A DNA stretch of 64,000 nucleotides from Eutreptiella sp. 'Long Island Sound 2002' (GCA_964036045.1 OZ038379.1:8494001-8558000); one strand, 5' to 3'. Shown: positions 1-13,505, numbered from the stretch's first letter. Made by a program: numbers and translations. Notes: generated by a model from the letters alone, not told the origin.

Positions 1-235
1 ACGATGACCTCGTCGCTTGGCGTGGCCAGACGGGCCTGGGTGTCCCGGACACTCATGCGGTCAGGGGACAAGGAGGTGGCGTCGGCGGCAGTTTGTCAAG
101 GCCCAGCGGCCCGGGCAAGCATGGACAAAAAGACACCGAAAAAAAATAGACACCCAGAAAGTGTGGGGGCGGGGGGGGGGGGTGCCAGAGCCATGGCCCT
201 GTTCGACTCAATTTCCTTGTTGTACGCCAGGGACC

Positions 236-787
236 CTAGTGGATAGGCGCTCTGGTTTGACACATGTGCCTCTCCGGATTACTCCTATCGGTTTTTGTAA
301 GTAGTGCAAGCGTCAAGAGATTACCTAGCCCAGCCTTCATATGTGTGGTGCCACACCACGTCAATGCACCCGAAGTACGGTGGATGGACGGCTCGCTCTG
401 GCGTGTTGCCTTCTTGTTGAGTCTGTTGTTATCTCCTTCCTCGCTCCTTCTTCTCTTGGATGGAAGCAACTGCTTTTTTGCCCTTGCCATTCTCTTCTGG
501 TGAACCTTTGCCTTGCCTTGCCTGTGCTGGAGCAAGTTCCGTCTGCTGTCGGAGGATTCACGGACACACAGCCGGCACATATTGATGTTGGGCAGGCGCT
601 CGACGTGTTGGGTGTCTCGGGTGTCACTTGTCACGGACATTTTCGCCCAGTCCCGTACGCAGACGCACAGAAAAAACTGTGATGTAGGAAGGTGGTGTGT
701 AAAGTAGCCTGGAACCGGAACCCGGAACCTGGAACCCCATGTACCCTGCTTGACATCCCCAAGTTCCTCAAGTACGTTAAGTACCAC
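236..787 (-). CDS. Possible exon with C2H2/matrin-like zinc-finger motif and basic tail
   Basis: CRLCVRESSDSRRNLLQHRQGKAKVHQK followed by a K/R-rich stretch. Metal-ligand spacing is non-standard; no splice model established. Confidence 0.2.
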   Translation of the reverse strand: MVLNVLEELGDVKQGTWGSRFRVPVPGYFTHHLPTSQFFLCVCVRDWAKMSVTSDTRDTQHVERLPNINMCRLCVRESSDSRRNLLQHRQGKAKVHQKRMARAKKQLLPSKRRRSEEGDNNRLNKKATRQSEPSIHRTSGALTWCGTTHMKAGLGNLLTLALLTKTDRSNPERHMCQTRAPIH

Positions 788-1779
788 AAGGGCCCGGATA
801 AGGCCAAGGACTGGGGCACGACAAATACAGACATGTCAAGTATTCGAAAGAAATGTATTGTGTCAAACATCTGGCACGAACACAAAGTGCACAGCATGCT
901 TCAAGCTCCTTCAACAAAAAGTGTTTCTGCAAAGAACTGTAGGGTGAGGTCCATGAATTTAGAGCCTATTTACATGTTTGGTGATCCAACACAACAAGTG
1001 CACATGTGCATCACGCACATGCAAAGAGCACGTGCCACAGGCACGTGCTTTCCTTTTATCATGTCACATGTCTCGCATATCACATACACAACACAATGAG
1101 CAGAAATCATGCATCAAATAAGTGTCAGCTTCAACAAAGTGTTCAAATAGTGCTCATAAACAATCCATAGAATCTATGAGACACATAGCACATGTCAGGC
1201 ACCTGACACACCACAACATAGTGACGCGGAACATTTCATCGTTGCCAATGTACTAGGGGTTGCCGATACACTGGGTATACATGGTACAGATACGAATAGG
1301 CATTGAACCGTACGCAATCAGTGCGTTGTGTGGTGTAGTGCACCACAATCCAAAGCAAGGCAAAGAATGCACACCTACATAGCCATCCATGATATGACGT
1401 CCGCATCCACCTGTATGCTTGTGATGGAGTAGCACACACTCAAAAGACCCAAGGATATGAGGCTCATTATTGAAGATGTTAGGCATCTGGCACAAAATTA
1501 TTTACTTTTGAAGACAAACCACTTATAACTAATTAGAAAAAAAGGTTTTCCTAAGAGTGACATTTTCAATGTGTGTTTCATCCGTTGGTTTGAAAATGCA
1601 AAAAAAACCCCATGTCAAATTTCCACAGCTTTGCACCCCCAAGTACAAAGCACTTATTGTTGCGCTCGCCGAGGGAAGCGGGCAGTTAGTTGACGCTGTG
1701 CCGCCCGCTTGCTACATCCGGCGGGAGGCTCTCAAAGGTTCAAGCGCGTCTATGCCAAGATCCAGTGTCACGCTAACAA

Positions 1780-4700
1780 GTGACGGCCGGCGATCTAAGC
1801 ACGCGCAGCTCCCCCATTGGTTTATTGAAGTCAGCCCTTCGCACCTAAAGGGGTTTCGCCAAGCCTCGCGGAGTGCTCAAATACCTTGTCGCTGAGCTGC
1901 GCATTGAGGGCCGGGTTATCGACCCACCTAAATATCGCTTGCAGGTGGAGCATAATGACCCCCCCCCCCCTGCTGCCGTGCATCCTCCGTCTCCGCTCCC
2001 ATACTGAGCTGTGGGTCCCAGCACAGCATGACAGCCACGCCACTCACCTCCTGGCGATCCTCAACCGGGAATCCCATCAGTTGGCAGCCCGCGGGGCCGC
2101 TGCCCCCACCCCCTGGGCAGTGCCCCTGCCCCACCTCCTCCCTGACCCCCTCGTTCTGCACTACCGCGGCAGCATGCTCGTGGAGCCGCAATTGGGTCTG
2201 GACGCGGCCTACGACGCCACCACCACCTCCGCCTACTTCTCCGGCCGTCGAGCTCATCTCCTTCGCCCCGATGGTACGATTTTCCACGAACTGCTGGAAG
2301 CGGACGACATCCCAACCCGTGCCATCAAGCGCGCCCTTGCATACCGGGTGCTCGAATGGCAACCGCCCCCGGAGCCAAACATCCCCATGGAGTGCCACTT
2401 CTGCGGCGCCGCCCAGCACCAACTCTGGCGCCACGTCCGCAGCCGGTGCCCCGCGGCCTTCCTCCATCTTCGCCGAGCCCAAGCCCTCCTCCTCCACGCC
2501 ACGACCCCCACTCCAGCCGCCACCGTCACGGGGGACGGACACCTACTCGACGGTCAAGCGCGGCCGGTACTGAGCTGTACATGGGACTCACACTTGACGT
2601 CAGAGGACGCCGGCATGGGTGACGTCCTCACTCTCTCCGGCCTATGGTACGCTTCCCCCGATGGGGGTGGGGCCTTCCTCACCGCAGCCACTCGGCGCCG
2701 CATAACGAAGGACGTAGTAAGTGCCCTGGCCCAGCCAGTCCTGACCCCCTCTGACCTCCTAGCCCTCTGGGCCACACTCCCGTATCCTCACCGCACGCCG
2801 GACCAGCCCCCGCCGCAACCTCCCACGGTCTCCGTGCTGGATCACCAGAGCTACCTACCGTGGGACTACTCCCTGGTCACGGCTTACCTGGTGCGGGGTC
2901 TGCCGTCCTGGCAAGTGCGCTGTGCAGCACAGCTAAATATTTCCCTGCCTGTAGAGCCCCAGTGGCACCATGGAGCCCCAGTGCTCCTCATCGTCGCGCC
3001 GCCGGCGGCTTTATATTGGGCCCTTGCCCTGCTTGCCCAGGCTGGTGTACCTCCCCTGTGGGCTGGCGTAGCCTTGCTCACGGCTGTGCCCCCAGGAGAC
3101 AGCACCCTGGCGCTGCCCCAGCTCATGACTCCGTATGCCTGTGGCACGCTGTGGGTGTACACCACAGCAGGTGTGTCCCATCGGTGGGCCCTCGCGCCCG
3201 CCGCCGCGACTCAGTGACGAGCCGCCGAAACGCCGTGACGTCCCCGTGTTGTGCCAGTGTAGGGCAGGCAGAGGTAAGTCAGAGCCCCCCCCCCCCCCCC
3301 CAGAGCCCAGAGCAAGGGGTTGAGCCCAGCCCAGGGACCCCCCCCTGCGTGACTGACTGGTCCGGGGCCGGGCCAGGCGCGGCACTGCCGTGTGACCCGA
3401 CGTGCCTCGCAGCCCAGCCAGTCCACGCCCCACACCCACCGGCAGCGCGCGCGCCCCATACACACAGGTACGGCGGCATCTCCCTCCCGCGTGTGCCACC
3501 GCGGGGTACGGGGGCGGTCATCAGTCCGGTAGGCCTTGAGACCGGACAACCGAGCACCCACCGGACCAGTTGTGACGCGCAGGGAAGGGCGACGTCCGTG
3601 GTCCCGGAGGTCCGGATGAGGCCTTGACCCAACCCAACCCAACCCCTGCTGCCGTGCACACTTGGGGCTAGCGGGCTGAATGGTGAAGGCCATGCCTCCG
3701 GGGATTTTTCTCCTCTTTCTTGGGTGGCGCTGACCGTCAAACACGAATAGCATCCTAGACGATGATCACAACACCTCTTGGCGCTGCCCTCCCTGCACGA
3801 AGGGAGTGGCGCCCCTCAAAGCAGCCCCGGTGTCCTAGCGGGGTGGCAAGTGCGCGCTACGCGCGCTCCGTGAGCTTCGTTTCCACTAGTGTGGCGGTGT
3901 CCACATCCCATGACGCCACTTCCTCCACCCGCGGCCTCAAGGCGACAACATCGGCTAAGGTGATGCGGGTCGTAGCATGTCAATGGAGCCGGCGGCCCCT
4001 TCCCTGCTATTTTCCTCGCAACAATCAGTGTGTACTTTGTCCGCCATCTAGTACACCGTGTTGCCATCCTCTTGTCCCGTGGACTGCTTGGGCCGCACTA
4101 GTCGCGCATGCAGGACACAGTGATCGCCTTGCTCAAGTAGCACCTGTTGGTTGTTCCGCCGAAACGGCCATGTCTAGACCTTTTGGGGACCCTATCTGGG
4201 AGCTCCCACGTGGGGTGCTGCTTGAGAGAGTCTTTGGCGAGGAGGTGGCCCCCTTTCCGTTTGCTGGGAAGCGCTTGTCGCACTCGTGTAAAGACACACC
4301 TTTCCACCCCAAACGCCGTGAGGTGCATGCAGGACTGCATGGGGATGGAAGCTGCTTGGCGAGCGAAGATGTGCCGTAGCTCCTATCTTATACTTGCATA
4401 CCCGCCCTGTAGCAGCATAAGAGCAGCTGCGTAAACCCTGACGCGAACCTGCGTCTGCGCTGCAGATAGGGGCGCACCAAAGAGAGTGTCAAAGGCGTTC
4501 AGCATGTTCCCAGGAAGCGAACCCCCACCCCCAACAGCCTAACGCGCATGCTGTGTTAGACCCCCGTCCGCGCGCCGGACGCAATGCGTTCCTTGTCCAG
4601 CCGGTGCCATAGCCCAAGCGGCGAGTCCTTGTTGGCAAGGGGGACCGTGAACCAGCTCATGTGCATGGCGACCGGCGTACCTTCGTTGCCCCCACTTTGG

Positions 4701-5800
4701 GGTGTCAACATACCCCCACAACACTGCCACTGCCCCGCAGCACGTGGCACGCCATATCCATTTGAAGGTGGAGACAGACCTCCAGCCTTCGGCTTGTGCA
4801 CTCACCCACCGCCATGAGGCGACCATATCAAGCGGAACAGGCGCTCTAGATGGCACCACACTTTGTTTTTGGCCCGCGGCAAGCAGCGACGTCGCTGCAG
4901 GCCGCCTCCCGGCGCGCCCAACAACATCGCCTGATCCAGCAAGTTGTTGATTCTGCTTCGGTTGCCAGACTCTGGGCGTTGCCCTAGGCTCGATGTCCTT
5001 TTCGTCGTTGGCTTTCTCAAGGTTAGCATTGTCAAAAGAGCAAGGCCAGTGCACCACCAAAAAATCTCTAGGACCGGCTTGTAAGATCCGTAATCATCGA
5101 CAGCTTGGACTTGATTGAGAAAATGCACTAGAGGGTGTGGGCCGGAACCTCCAAACATGCGCCTTTGAGCCGCAAGGAGCGTAGCAAGGAGGGCACCGTG
5201 GCCAGGCATGTCACGCCTCCCTTGGCCGGGACCGCTGCATTGACACCTAGGATGTGGTCGTGATTCCCCGGTACCTCCGGTGCGTAGGCGTGAGCATCTT
5301 GCAGCAACATGCCCATCCGCGCCACCTGGTTGAACACGCGCGGGTTCTCCGTGGTTGGCTAGTCAAGGGCAGGCTTGTTGGGTGTGATATGCCTGACCTC
5401 ATTATGCTGTGGCTCATGTGCCTCCTTATGGACGTAGGGCCGTGCCGCTTGCATATCCGTCGCACTTGGGACAAGCGCAGCGGGGCTGGAGGCGGTGGAG
5501 GGGGGGGGGGTGACCTGATTTGCCCCGGGGATCGCTTGGACCACCACGGACAGGTAGGAGCATCCCCCGGCCGAGTGGCGAGCACTTGCAGCCACGGCCG
5601 CAAACCGCTATCACCCTAGCTCCTTGGGTTGGGCACGCATGGCCCACTTCTGACGTGCCTGCTTCTCCACCGACTTCTGGATATCGGAGCCATGGAGATT
5701 GATTCATCTAGTGGTCCCCTTAATATCTTGTGCGGCCCGTCATTGGTGAGAGGCCACCACAAGGTGCAGGACAAAGCGGGCCTCATCCTCTAGGCCTCGT
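1780..5800 (-). pseudogene. Decayed LINE 5' half (ORF1 + APE endonuclease start), split by the 1983-3642 insertion
   Basis: Minus strand gives APE-like motifs in order: RITLADVVALRPRVEEVASWDVDTATLVETKL and RGVVIIV (~3960-3760). Across the TSD it continues LHLQAIFRWVDNPALNAQL and ...ADFN (~1950-1820). Upstream LLGAPGGGLQRRRC...LERL (~4930-4830) resembles ORF1 of the 53410/60985 element. Outer boundaries are approximate. Confidence 0.6.
1983..3642 (+). mobile_element. 5'-truncated non-LTR retrotransposon (LINE, RNase H-containing) with (CCCAA)3 tail
   Basis: Translation shows an RNase H C-terminal-like motif (ELWVPAQHD...NRESHQLAARGA) and a C-x2-C-x8-H-x4-C motif (CHFCGAAQHQLWRHVRSRC). The downstream frame stops at 3625-3627, directly followed by CCCAACCCAACCCAA. 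Flanked by the direct repeat (CCCC)TGCTGCCGTGCA at 1967-1982 and 3643-3658 (target-site duplication). Confidence 0.8.
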
Positions 5801-6619
5801 GGGTTGACGCACACGCAAGTAGGCTGGTGTGACAGGCTGCGCAGCCCGACGCCCCGGCCCTACAGAAGCATTTGGAGGAGTAGACCTTGCCATCCCTCTT
5901 TGTCGCCCTAGTGTCGGCAACAACCTACTAGTTCACCCGCTGCTACTACTGCGGCCAAGAGGGCTCCATACGCTGTCCACAATCAGCTTGATATCTCGTC
6001 TCCGACGGTGACTTTGCTGCTCCGCCTGCAAGCCCCGGGATGGGGGCGGGTGCTCGTTGAAGAGGTGGCCTGTTCAGCTGCCCCATAAGTGGGTGATGAT
6101 TGATACACATAGATGTTGATTCTTTGTTGTTACAGCATATTTATAATCAAGTATCTAGGGTAATGTACACAGGTATGCCTATGGGTCTGATAACCCCTTT
6201 TTCTCCGAATTGGGGTATTCCAAAACTATGAAATCTTTGTTATGGGGGTGGTTACCACGATGCACTGAGGTAGTTGTCGCATTGGTTACCCCGCTCTTAG
6301 TCCAGTGCAGTGTCGCGACCGCAATTTAGATTCAAAACACGTGTAGTTGCAGAAATAGACACCTCCGAAAGGTGTGGAAGCAGCTGTCAATAAAAAAAGC
6401 AGAAACCGTACTGACAAGGCCCTTGCACATCACAAATACGTACATGGAAACCAATTTCCCTTTCCAGGTCAACCATCCACACTACATGCGCACCCTATGG
6501 ATCTAAACAGTATGAATGAATGTGAGCAGGCCTCAGTCAGCCGCGAGGAAGCTCTGTTCTCCTCTATTGTCCTCCTGATTGTTTACAGACAAAACACAAT
6601 ACCAACTTAGTGTTGCGCT

Positions 6620-7200
6620 TTAGGTAATGTGGATAGTTTCAACTCCGAACTCATTTTTCTATGTCCCAAGCCAACGCCACGGCAAGGGCGAGACCAAGGT
6701 ATCGACATCCGCGGGCCAAGTGAGCTCCAAATGCTAGGTCGCCATGGCCAAGCCTCCAAGTCTAGGCGTACCTTTGGGCAATTTGCAGGGTTGGAAACCA
6801 CAACAAGTGGGGGAATGTGGGCCGCCTAAATGCCCTTGGAATTTGATTTCAAGCTACATAGCCCGGGATATAGCCCAATCTTTGTTGCCGCACCGCTCCG
6901 AGCCAAAACACAGCATTTCTAGGTTATTTGGGGGCATTCTATGGACACGTCGGGGATTTAGGAGGTGCAACAACCTTCCTTGACAAGAGGAAAGCAAGCT
7001 AGATCCGCAATGCCGCAGCTGTTTCTGATGCCGGCCCCCTCCCCCAGTTTTGGCCCAATTTGGGCCCACTTCCGCGGAAAAAGCTGAAATTGGGGCAGTT
7101 ATGTAGGGTAGACCCCCAACCGGCGGCTAGTGCCCCGCGCCGCCACAGGTGAGTGTGTGTATCAAATCGAAGATTTGGGGCAGCCACTCCACTTAAAGCT
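6620..7200. repeat. Dispersed repeat, inverted diverged copy at ~34140-34620
   Basis: Shared blocks, e.g. CAACCTTCCTTGACA (6970s) vs TGTCAAGGAAGGTTG (34340s), and CAGCATTTCTAG vs CTAGAAATGCTG. Confidence 0.6.
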
Positions 7201-8146
7201 GCCGCTTGGCTAGAGTGTCATAGTAATTTGAGAAACGTGATACATAAATGTTGCTTGGGAGGTCGGGTTTTCAACTTGGGGGCGGGGGGTCAATAGAGGG
7301 CGGGGGTCATAAATTGAGGAAGGGATTCGGGGAAAGAGCTCAATTGACAGGACCATCAATCAGTTATTATGAACTCTGGCCGAAAAGGTTTTGAGCAGTG
7401 AAAATGGTCGATTTTTTTCCACCAAATGCATGGAAAATGGTGACTTTTCTCCACCCCCTCGACACCCTGATTCCAAAAATCCCATTTTCATTTTTTGGCC
7501 CAATCTTGGGTCCAGGTGACCTTTGAGGCCAGGTAGTCCTTCTCGGTAGCTTCTTGGGGGGAGGCATCAATTGAGTCCTTTGCGGGGGGGATCTAACCAG
7601 AGGGCTGTATCGAGCCCCCCCCTGCCATTTGAAAGCACACCACCCTTTGTGCCAGATCTACGGGGAAGAGCGTGCAGTGACATGTACTATGTCGCTGGAC
7701 ATACGCTGGACATTACAAAAGACGTTTGCGTTAAGTGCAGGACATAGCCAAACCCAATGGTTTTCCATGGATGGATGGATGGATGGATGAGTGAGGCATT
7801 CCTGGGTTGCATCCTGAGGACACAGGCTCAAAGGCTCTGACCGCTTCCCGTCCCTGACCAAGCCGGATGGCATGTTGTGGGCATGTACAGTGCCCTGGAG
7901 CACCTACTTGGGCAGTGACAGCACATTGGGCCCCCCCAGTGTGCCATTAAAGGATGGGATTGCATACCTGAATTCTCCGCTCGTGGTGGACCTTCATTCC
8001 TAGGGATATTGCGCCCGTGCCCACATCCTGCCTCCGACGCCCTGCCAGCGTCTGCGTATCCGGGCCTAATCACCCTGCCCTGCCCCCTGCCCTCGCACAT
8101 GCACCCTGGAGCCACAGACAAGGGCACAGTCGGAGGGCTCTGCACA

Positions 8147-8800
8147 TCACAGGTCCATGTCCTCTTCCCCAGAGGAGGAGGCGTACTCGACGGAGGAGAC
8201 CTCCCTGTCATCGTCCAGGCGCACGCCTTCGTGTTCCCGCCTCCACGCCAGGCCCTCCCCACTCATCCAGTGTGGATCAGTGGGGATCACAGAATCAGAC
8301 TTCGGCGGCCCAAATTGGAGAAAAGAGACACAATTCACGGGGCTGCAGGTGGAGCATTAGATCTTGGACAGTGTGAGGGCCCACTCGGGCGAGCTCACAT
8401 GCACACATTGCAACACAAGCTTAAAAGATGACAAATTATTGCCCACAATTATTGTCTGTGTCTACAGTGCCCAAAGCGGGAACACCTGGACACCCTTGTT
8501 GACGTCGCCGTTGGGTATGGCAAGCAAATGCCCAATCTGCAAAGCATGTGACATGGGGCGCTGATCAGGGGTCAAAAAATCTTTCAAGAGGCGAAATGAG
8601 CCCTCAGCAACAGCCGTAGGCACTAGGTAGGTGAGGGCATCCAAAGCTACATTTCCCAGGGTTGCCAAACCCATGTGGTTGCATGCCCTTTCCTACCACC
8701 CCAACACATCAAACTCAGGGCTACCAACACCCCTTTGCTTAACGTGCAATTTCGGGGCTGCAGTGATGAAATTCGTGACTGGAGTGAAGAAAAGGGAGGA
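8147..8800 (-). pseudogene. hAT transposase C-terminal (dimerisation domain) remnant
   Basis: EFDVLGW*...LGNVALDALTYLVPTAVAEGSFRLLKDFLTPDQRPMSH matches the hAT dimerisation pattern (D.L.WW...LA...L..P.T.A..E.SF..K..LT..R..M). Acidic C-terminal tail DDDREVSSVEYASSSGEEDMDL*. Confidence 0.7.
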
Positions 8801-9138
8801 GGAAAGAGGAGGAAGGAAGAAGAAGGAGCCAGAGTGTAGGGCCTCAAGGAAAGGGAATGAGCAAAACTTGCTCTGCTGATGCACACATCCAATGTCCACC
8901 CACTTCCCGTAACCCTAATACTGCCGCATGGAGGCCAGGAATTCTGACCGCATGGCATGGTTCCTAAGCCCTGGAGAACCTTGCTGCCACCTCCACTCCG
9001 ATTCAAGCACAATGAGGTGGGATGGGACGGGGAATCAACATGCAACCCAAGCTAACCACGCCAACGTGCACAACGTTCATAGCGCTCTCAAGCACTCATC
9101 TATGGCCGCGCCTCATGTAGGTGAGGCTAGCCCGCAGC

Positions 9139-9422
9139 CAAGCTAGTGCGGTCCCTCGGAAAAATTTCTTGTGCTGCGGCATGCTGCGGCATGCTGCGGC
9201 ATGCTTCTGCCTGCACATGTGGGTACCTACACTTCTATGGGAGCAGACAGACAAGGCAGACAGGCTGATGTGGTCCCCAATACCTTCCCAATACACCAAA
9301 AAAGCGAAGATCTGTGCAACAATAGAGAGGAACGCACTGTGGCATGCTTCAAAACCCCCATGTGCAGCTCCAAAAAAAAGGTGCTGCGGCACGCTGCGGC
9401 ATGCTGCGGCAGCACTAGCTTG
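9139..9422. mobile_element. 284-bp hAT-type MITE
   Basis: 11-bp perfect TIR CAAGCTAGTGC (9139-9149) / GCACTAGCTTG (9412-9422). 8-bp TSD CCCGCAGC (9131-9138, 9423-9430). Subterminal (TGCTGCGGCA)x3 arrays at both ends. Confidence 0.85.
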
Positions 9423-10530
9423 CCCGCAGCCTTCCTCCAATGACGTACTGCAACCCCTGTTGAGGCTGCTGTGGGAACCAGGGTTACTCTATGCCGCAAT
9501 GCTCTTGCCGGTGACGGGCAACGAGAAAACCATCTTTGTGCTAGAGCGGCAGAATCAAGACCTCATGAAGATCACCAATTTACAATTTTTTGAGAGACCC
9601 AAATGGCCTCCACATCAACACCAAAGAGATGCCTGCAGCCATGTGGACAACGTAAGCATCATTGGCCGTCGATCAAAGGTTGACATCCTTTGCCTTATAA
9701 TCAAAAGAAGAGCAGTAGTGCGAAGCCCCATTCTTCGGACCTTGTTGAAGTGGATCAACCAGGTGTCAGGGGTTTCAGTAGTCACTTGTACTATTGTTTT
9801 TATCGCATTACCCCACCCCCCCCCCTTGCGCAAGCAGAATGTTGTTTCGAGCAGGAGGACTCATCACAAGCATGAAACAGCCCCTCTTTCCCTCTACAAT
9901 CGCCAGACAATTACACTTTGCCTACTTTCTGGCCGTAAAAGCCGTGGTCAAAAAATTCGGCAAAAGTGACGGTCAGACAGGGTCCTAGTGCTTAGACAAG
10001 GCGGTGCTTGCACAAGGGGAGGGGGGGGTACTTGTACTACTCGCTAGTAGGACTTGACTAAGTCATATGTGCAGCATGCCACCCTAATTTGCAGAGAATA
10101 ATATAATGAATACAATTTGTGTTCACTATTGTGTATAATACAAGTGACTGGATGGGGGAGCGATTCCATGCGTAAGTACAAAGCCACTTTTACTTGCTAT
10201 CATATACAGCACACTGTGCCATCAGAAATCACTCCTGACTACTCAAACAAAACAAATGCACATGCACAAACACACTTCCCACCAACAACCGCCAACCTCA
10301 GCTAGAATGCCCGTTTCTGGTGTTCAAACCTGGAACCTACTGAATTGGGCTACAAATCATGGTGGATCATGGAATTGGGCCGCGATTCGGGGGGCATAAC
10401 ACACTGGACCCTTGGGAAGCCCAGGAACCAAAGGCAACACCCCATAGCTTTACGCATTCAGCGAGGGCGATCTCGAGTGCAGCAGGAGGCAGCCAAATTT
10501 TATGACTTCTGCCGCATGATTAGAAATCAG

Positions 10531-10926
10531 GGCGGGAAGAAAATTGTTCTGCAGGGGGGGGTGACACGGAAGCCCATCCCCCCCCCCCCCCCTCCCTCCT
10601 TGGCCGCCGTGACGGGAGGGGGGGGGTTCAGGGGGGGGGCGCCCGACCTGCCGTGCCGGGGGGGGGGGGGGGCAACCCAACATCTATGGCTCAAAATGAT
10701 ACCCACGTCGCGCTGATCATTTTGACTACTCAAATGTGGGGGGGGAAAATTATTGGTGGAAAAAACTTTTTCGGGCCAAATTTTGTGTTCCTGTGCCTTT
10801 GGCGCCAACATCCGTTCTTACAGAAAACAAAGGGCCCGACACGGAACCCCATTTCTCCAACCCCCCCCCCCCTCCTTCGGCGGGCGTCCATATCAACCCC
10901 CCCCGCAGAGCAATTTTCAGGTTGCC
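10531..10926. mobile_element. ~400-bp TIR element (PIF/Harbinger-like MITE) with CAG target duplication
   Basis: Ends GGCGGGAAGAAAATTGTTCTGCAGGG / CCCGCAGAGCAATTTTCAGGTTGCC, with CAG on both sides (10528-30, 10927-29). The empty site is visible in the duplicated arm at ~29872 (CTG). Confidence 0.75.
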
Positions 10927-13505
10927 CAGGGCACAGTGAAAAATGTTTGTCTCAACTAGTGCACCAACAACACCAATGACCGCAGAAACAGGAAATATAA
11001 GCATGCTAATCAAGCGGTAGTTTGTGGTGCTGGCAACATTCCAGCTCGTGCTTTTGCCACTTTGGAAGGCAGTTTGTATTCTGGGCACAATGAAAAATGT
11101 TTGTCTGAACTCGTGAAGCAACAGCACAAACGGGTGCCGAAACAGGGATTTTAAACGTGCAAACTGCCCTCTGTCCTGGCAAACGCATGACCTGTCACAA
11201 CCATATATGTATATGCATATACATGTGCCAAGGCTTCCATTCCAATTATGCTGAAACCGCGGGGTTCAACATTCCTACTGTCCTACTGCCCTGCCCAACC
11301 ATCAGTTCTTTGCCCCATGGTGAGCCTGGCAGGACACACTGATTCACAGGTTTCTGCCCATAGCGAGCCATACTCCATCCCTACGCATCAGCTTCTTGAA
11401 CACCCTGCCGGGTCTCTGTGGCTGTGTTCGATGCCGCCTGCTTAGCTGCGGCGGGTCACAGGAGGCAACCCCCCAACAGACGTGAACCGCGCCGGAGGCA
11501 GAAACACTCGAGGGAGCGAGCTCCCGGTGAGCCCACTGCGCCTTGGTCCACTCTAATGAGACGGAACACCGAGTGTTACACTACTCGCCGAGTATGTGTG
11601 TGTGGGGGGGGGAGGGGAGGCATACAAACACAGCGCGCGTTCCTCTATGTGGTTGCTGTCATGAGGAGCCGATTCGTACATCTGCCCCAAAGAACAGACG
11701 TGGCCGTCGCTTTGGCGGCAACGCGCGTGCACTCGATGGCGCGTTGAGCATGTTGGGGCCAGCAAACGACGAAATTGTGTCGAATGACAAAGGGCTGTCA
11801 TCCCCAGTGCGTGTAGTTGCTTTTTTGTCTCCAATGGACTGGAAGCTGGGCTGGAAGATAGAAGAGCGCAACTGTGCAGTGCTGGAGCTGCTGGTGACGG
11901 AGCTGCTGGCGGGAACAGTATCACCGGCAGGTGGTGATGAATTTCTTTCCGGGTTGTTATCGACTCTCAGGCCTGACACCCTGAAGATAGCAGGAAGATC
12001 ACCCATTTACTGTTTCACAGGGCCTTGGCTTGGCTCTGATAGGGGGGGCGGGGGGGGAGGGGTTGGGTTGGCCTCCCGAAGGGTTTGGCTGGCCCACCCA
12101 CCCACCCACCCACCCTTTGACCTGCCCACTGGGACGTTCACAGCGCTTTGCCCTTCTTCTTCTTCGCTTGAAACCAAATGCAATGCTTCCTGCTTGTGCT
12201 CCCGAACTGCATTGGGAGTCGACGCTGCGTTCGCCCCACATTCACATTCCGCCGACAAAGGACGGAAGGACCAAAGTCCTCACAGTCCACCACAGCCCAG
12301 AAACAAGGTTAGCTATCAGCCCAACCTGTCAACCTGCACTGCAAACAAACAGCTGAGAATCCCCCAGATGTGCCCCGATTATTTCCCCTTTCTCCTCCAT
12401 TTCACCCCATCCCCCTCGCCAAGGATGCTAAACAAACGCACACCCGGCCCGAGTCACCTCCGACAGTCGGTTCTGGGGGCAGTTCTCATCATTGGAAGAA
12501 AAAGTTGGAGTGTGTCCTATTTGCCTCCGTGCCCCCGCCCACCCCGCCGCCCGCCAAGGCGTTGCTTGAGCGGAGGGTGGAGGGGGGGAGGGGGTCCAGG
12601 GGGGAGCGCCCCCACCCCCCCTCTCTGCCGAAATGCAGCATGCCTGCAAGGAACTGCAAAATGTACCACACTGACCCATTCAGCATACACATTTGTCATA
12701 ATGTCTGAAGACAGGCAATGCAAATCATCTTTTTGGGTCCATACATTGTGCCCTCACCTACACACCACCAGGCAGACAAACAGAAATCGCAGAGGATGTT
12801 CATTGTCATTGAATTCTTGGTCAAAGATCAATTAGAGTTGGACTCACCTGAGCTGGACTGACCTCTCGGTCTTGTTCCGCCATTAGGGCTGCTGGTCTTA
12901 CAAACTTGCACAGAGTTGCCATTGGAGTGTTCAGGAAAAGTGTGGAACATGCTTTCTGGGCAGCATTGTGTGCCTCTTGCTTTTTCTTCCCCCTCCATGT
13001 ATCTTGAAAGTGAAAGCAGAGGATCGCAGTTATAACGTCGTTGCGTTTTGCGCGGGGGCATGGTTGGACCAAGGCTGCCAAAGAGCGTACATATGGGATG
13101 CTGCGACATGACATCTGCAACACAGGGAAGAGGTGATACAAGTGGAATGACCAAAGAACCCCGCTATAGGTGCACCGAAGGCGCACAAGAAAAAAATTGG
13201 CCCAAATGAAAAAAAGTTCCCAGGACCCTGATTCTTACATGATTTAGAGCGAGGGGGAAGAAGGAGGGGGTCCAGCGGGGAGCCCCCCCCCCCCCCCCGG
13301 TGTTGAAATGAAAATTAAAGCAATGCCCTGCCCTCCCCAGCCCCGGGCTTTTCATCAACTGACCAATTTTGTGAAAAGAATGCCCACAAATGCCCAATCC
13401 CGGCGAGCTCTGGGCCCTGATTTTGCCATGGCTGTATGCGTGCGGGACAAAAGGGCTGGATGGAATAAAAGGCAGAAAATGAGTAAATTGAACATACTTT
13501 CTCAC

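Noticed and set aside
4480-5210. Possible fourth tyrosine recombinase on the minus strand (LALLTMLTLR, HSMR, GWRS)
   Set aside because: Motifs are in different frames and out of order. The region aligns better with LINE ORF1 and lies upstream of an APE domain.
9430-9830. Additional transposase fragment on the minus strand
   Set aside because: Protein-like but multiply interrupted, with no motif I can assign.
11543-12835. 430-aa plus-strand ORF
   Set aside because: Antisense to the putative terminal exons, runs through G/C tracts, and is broken in the mirror copy.
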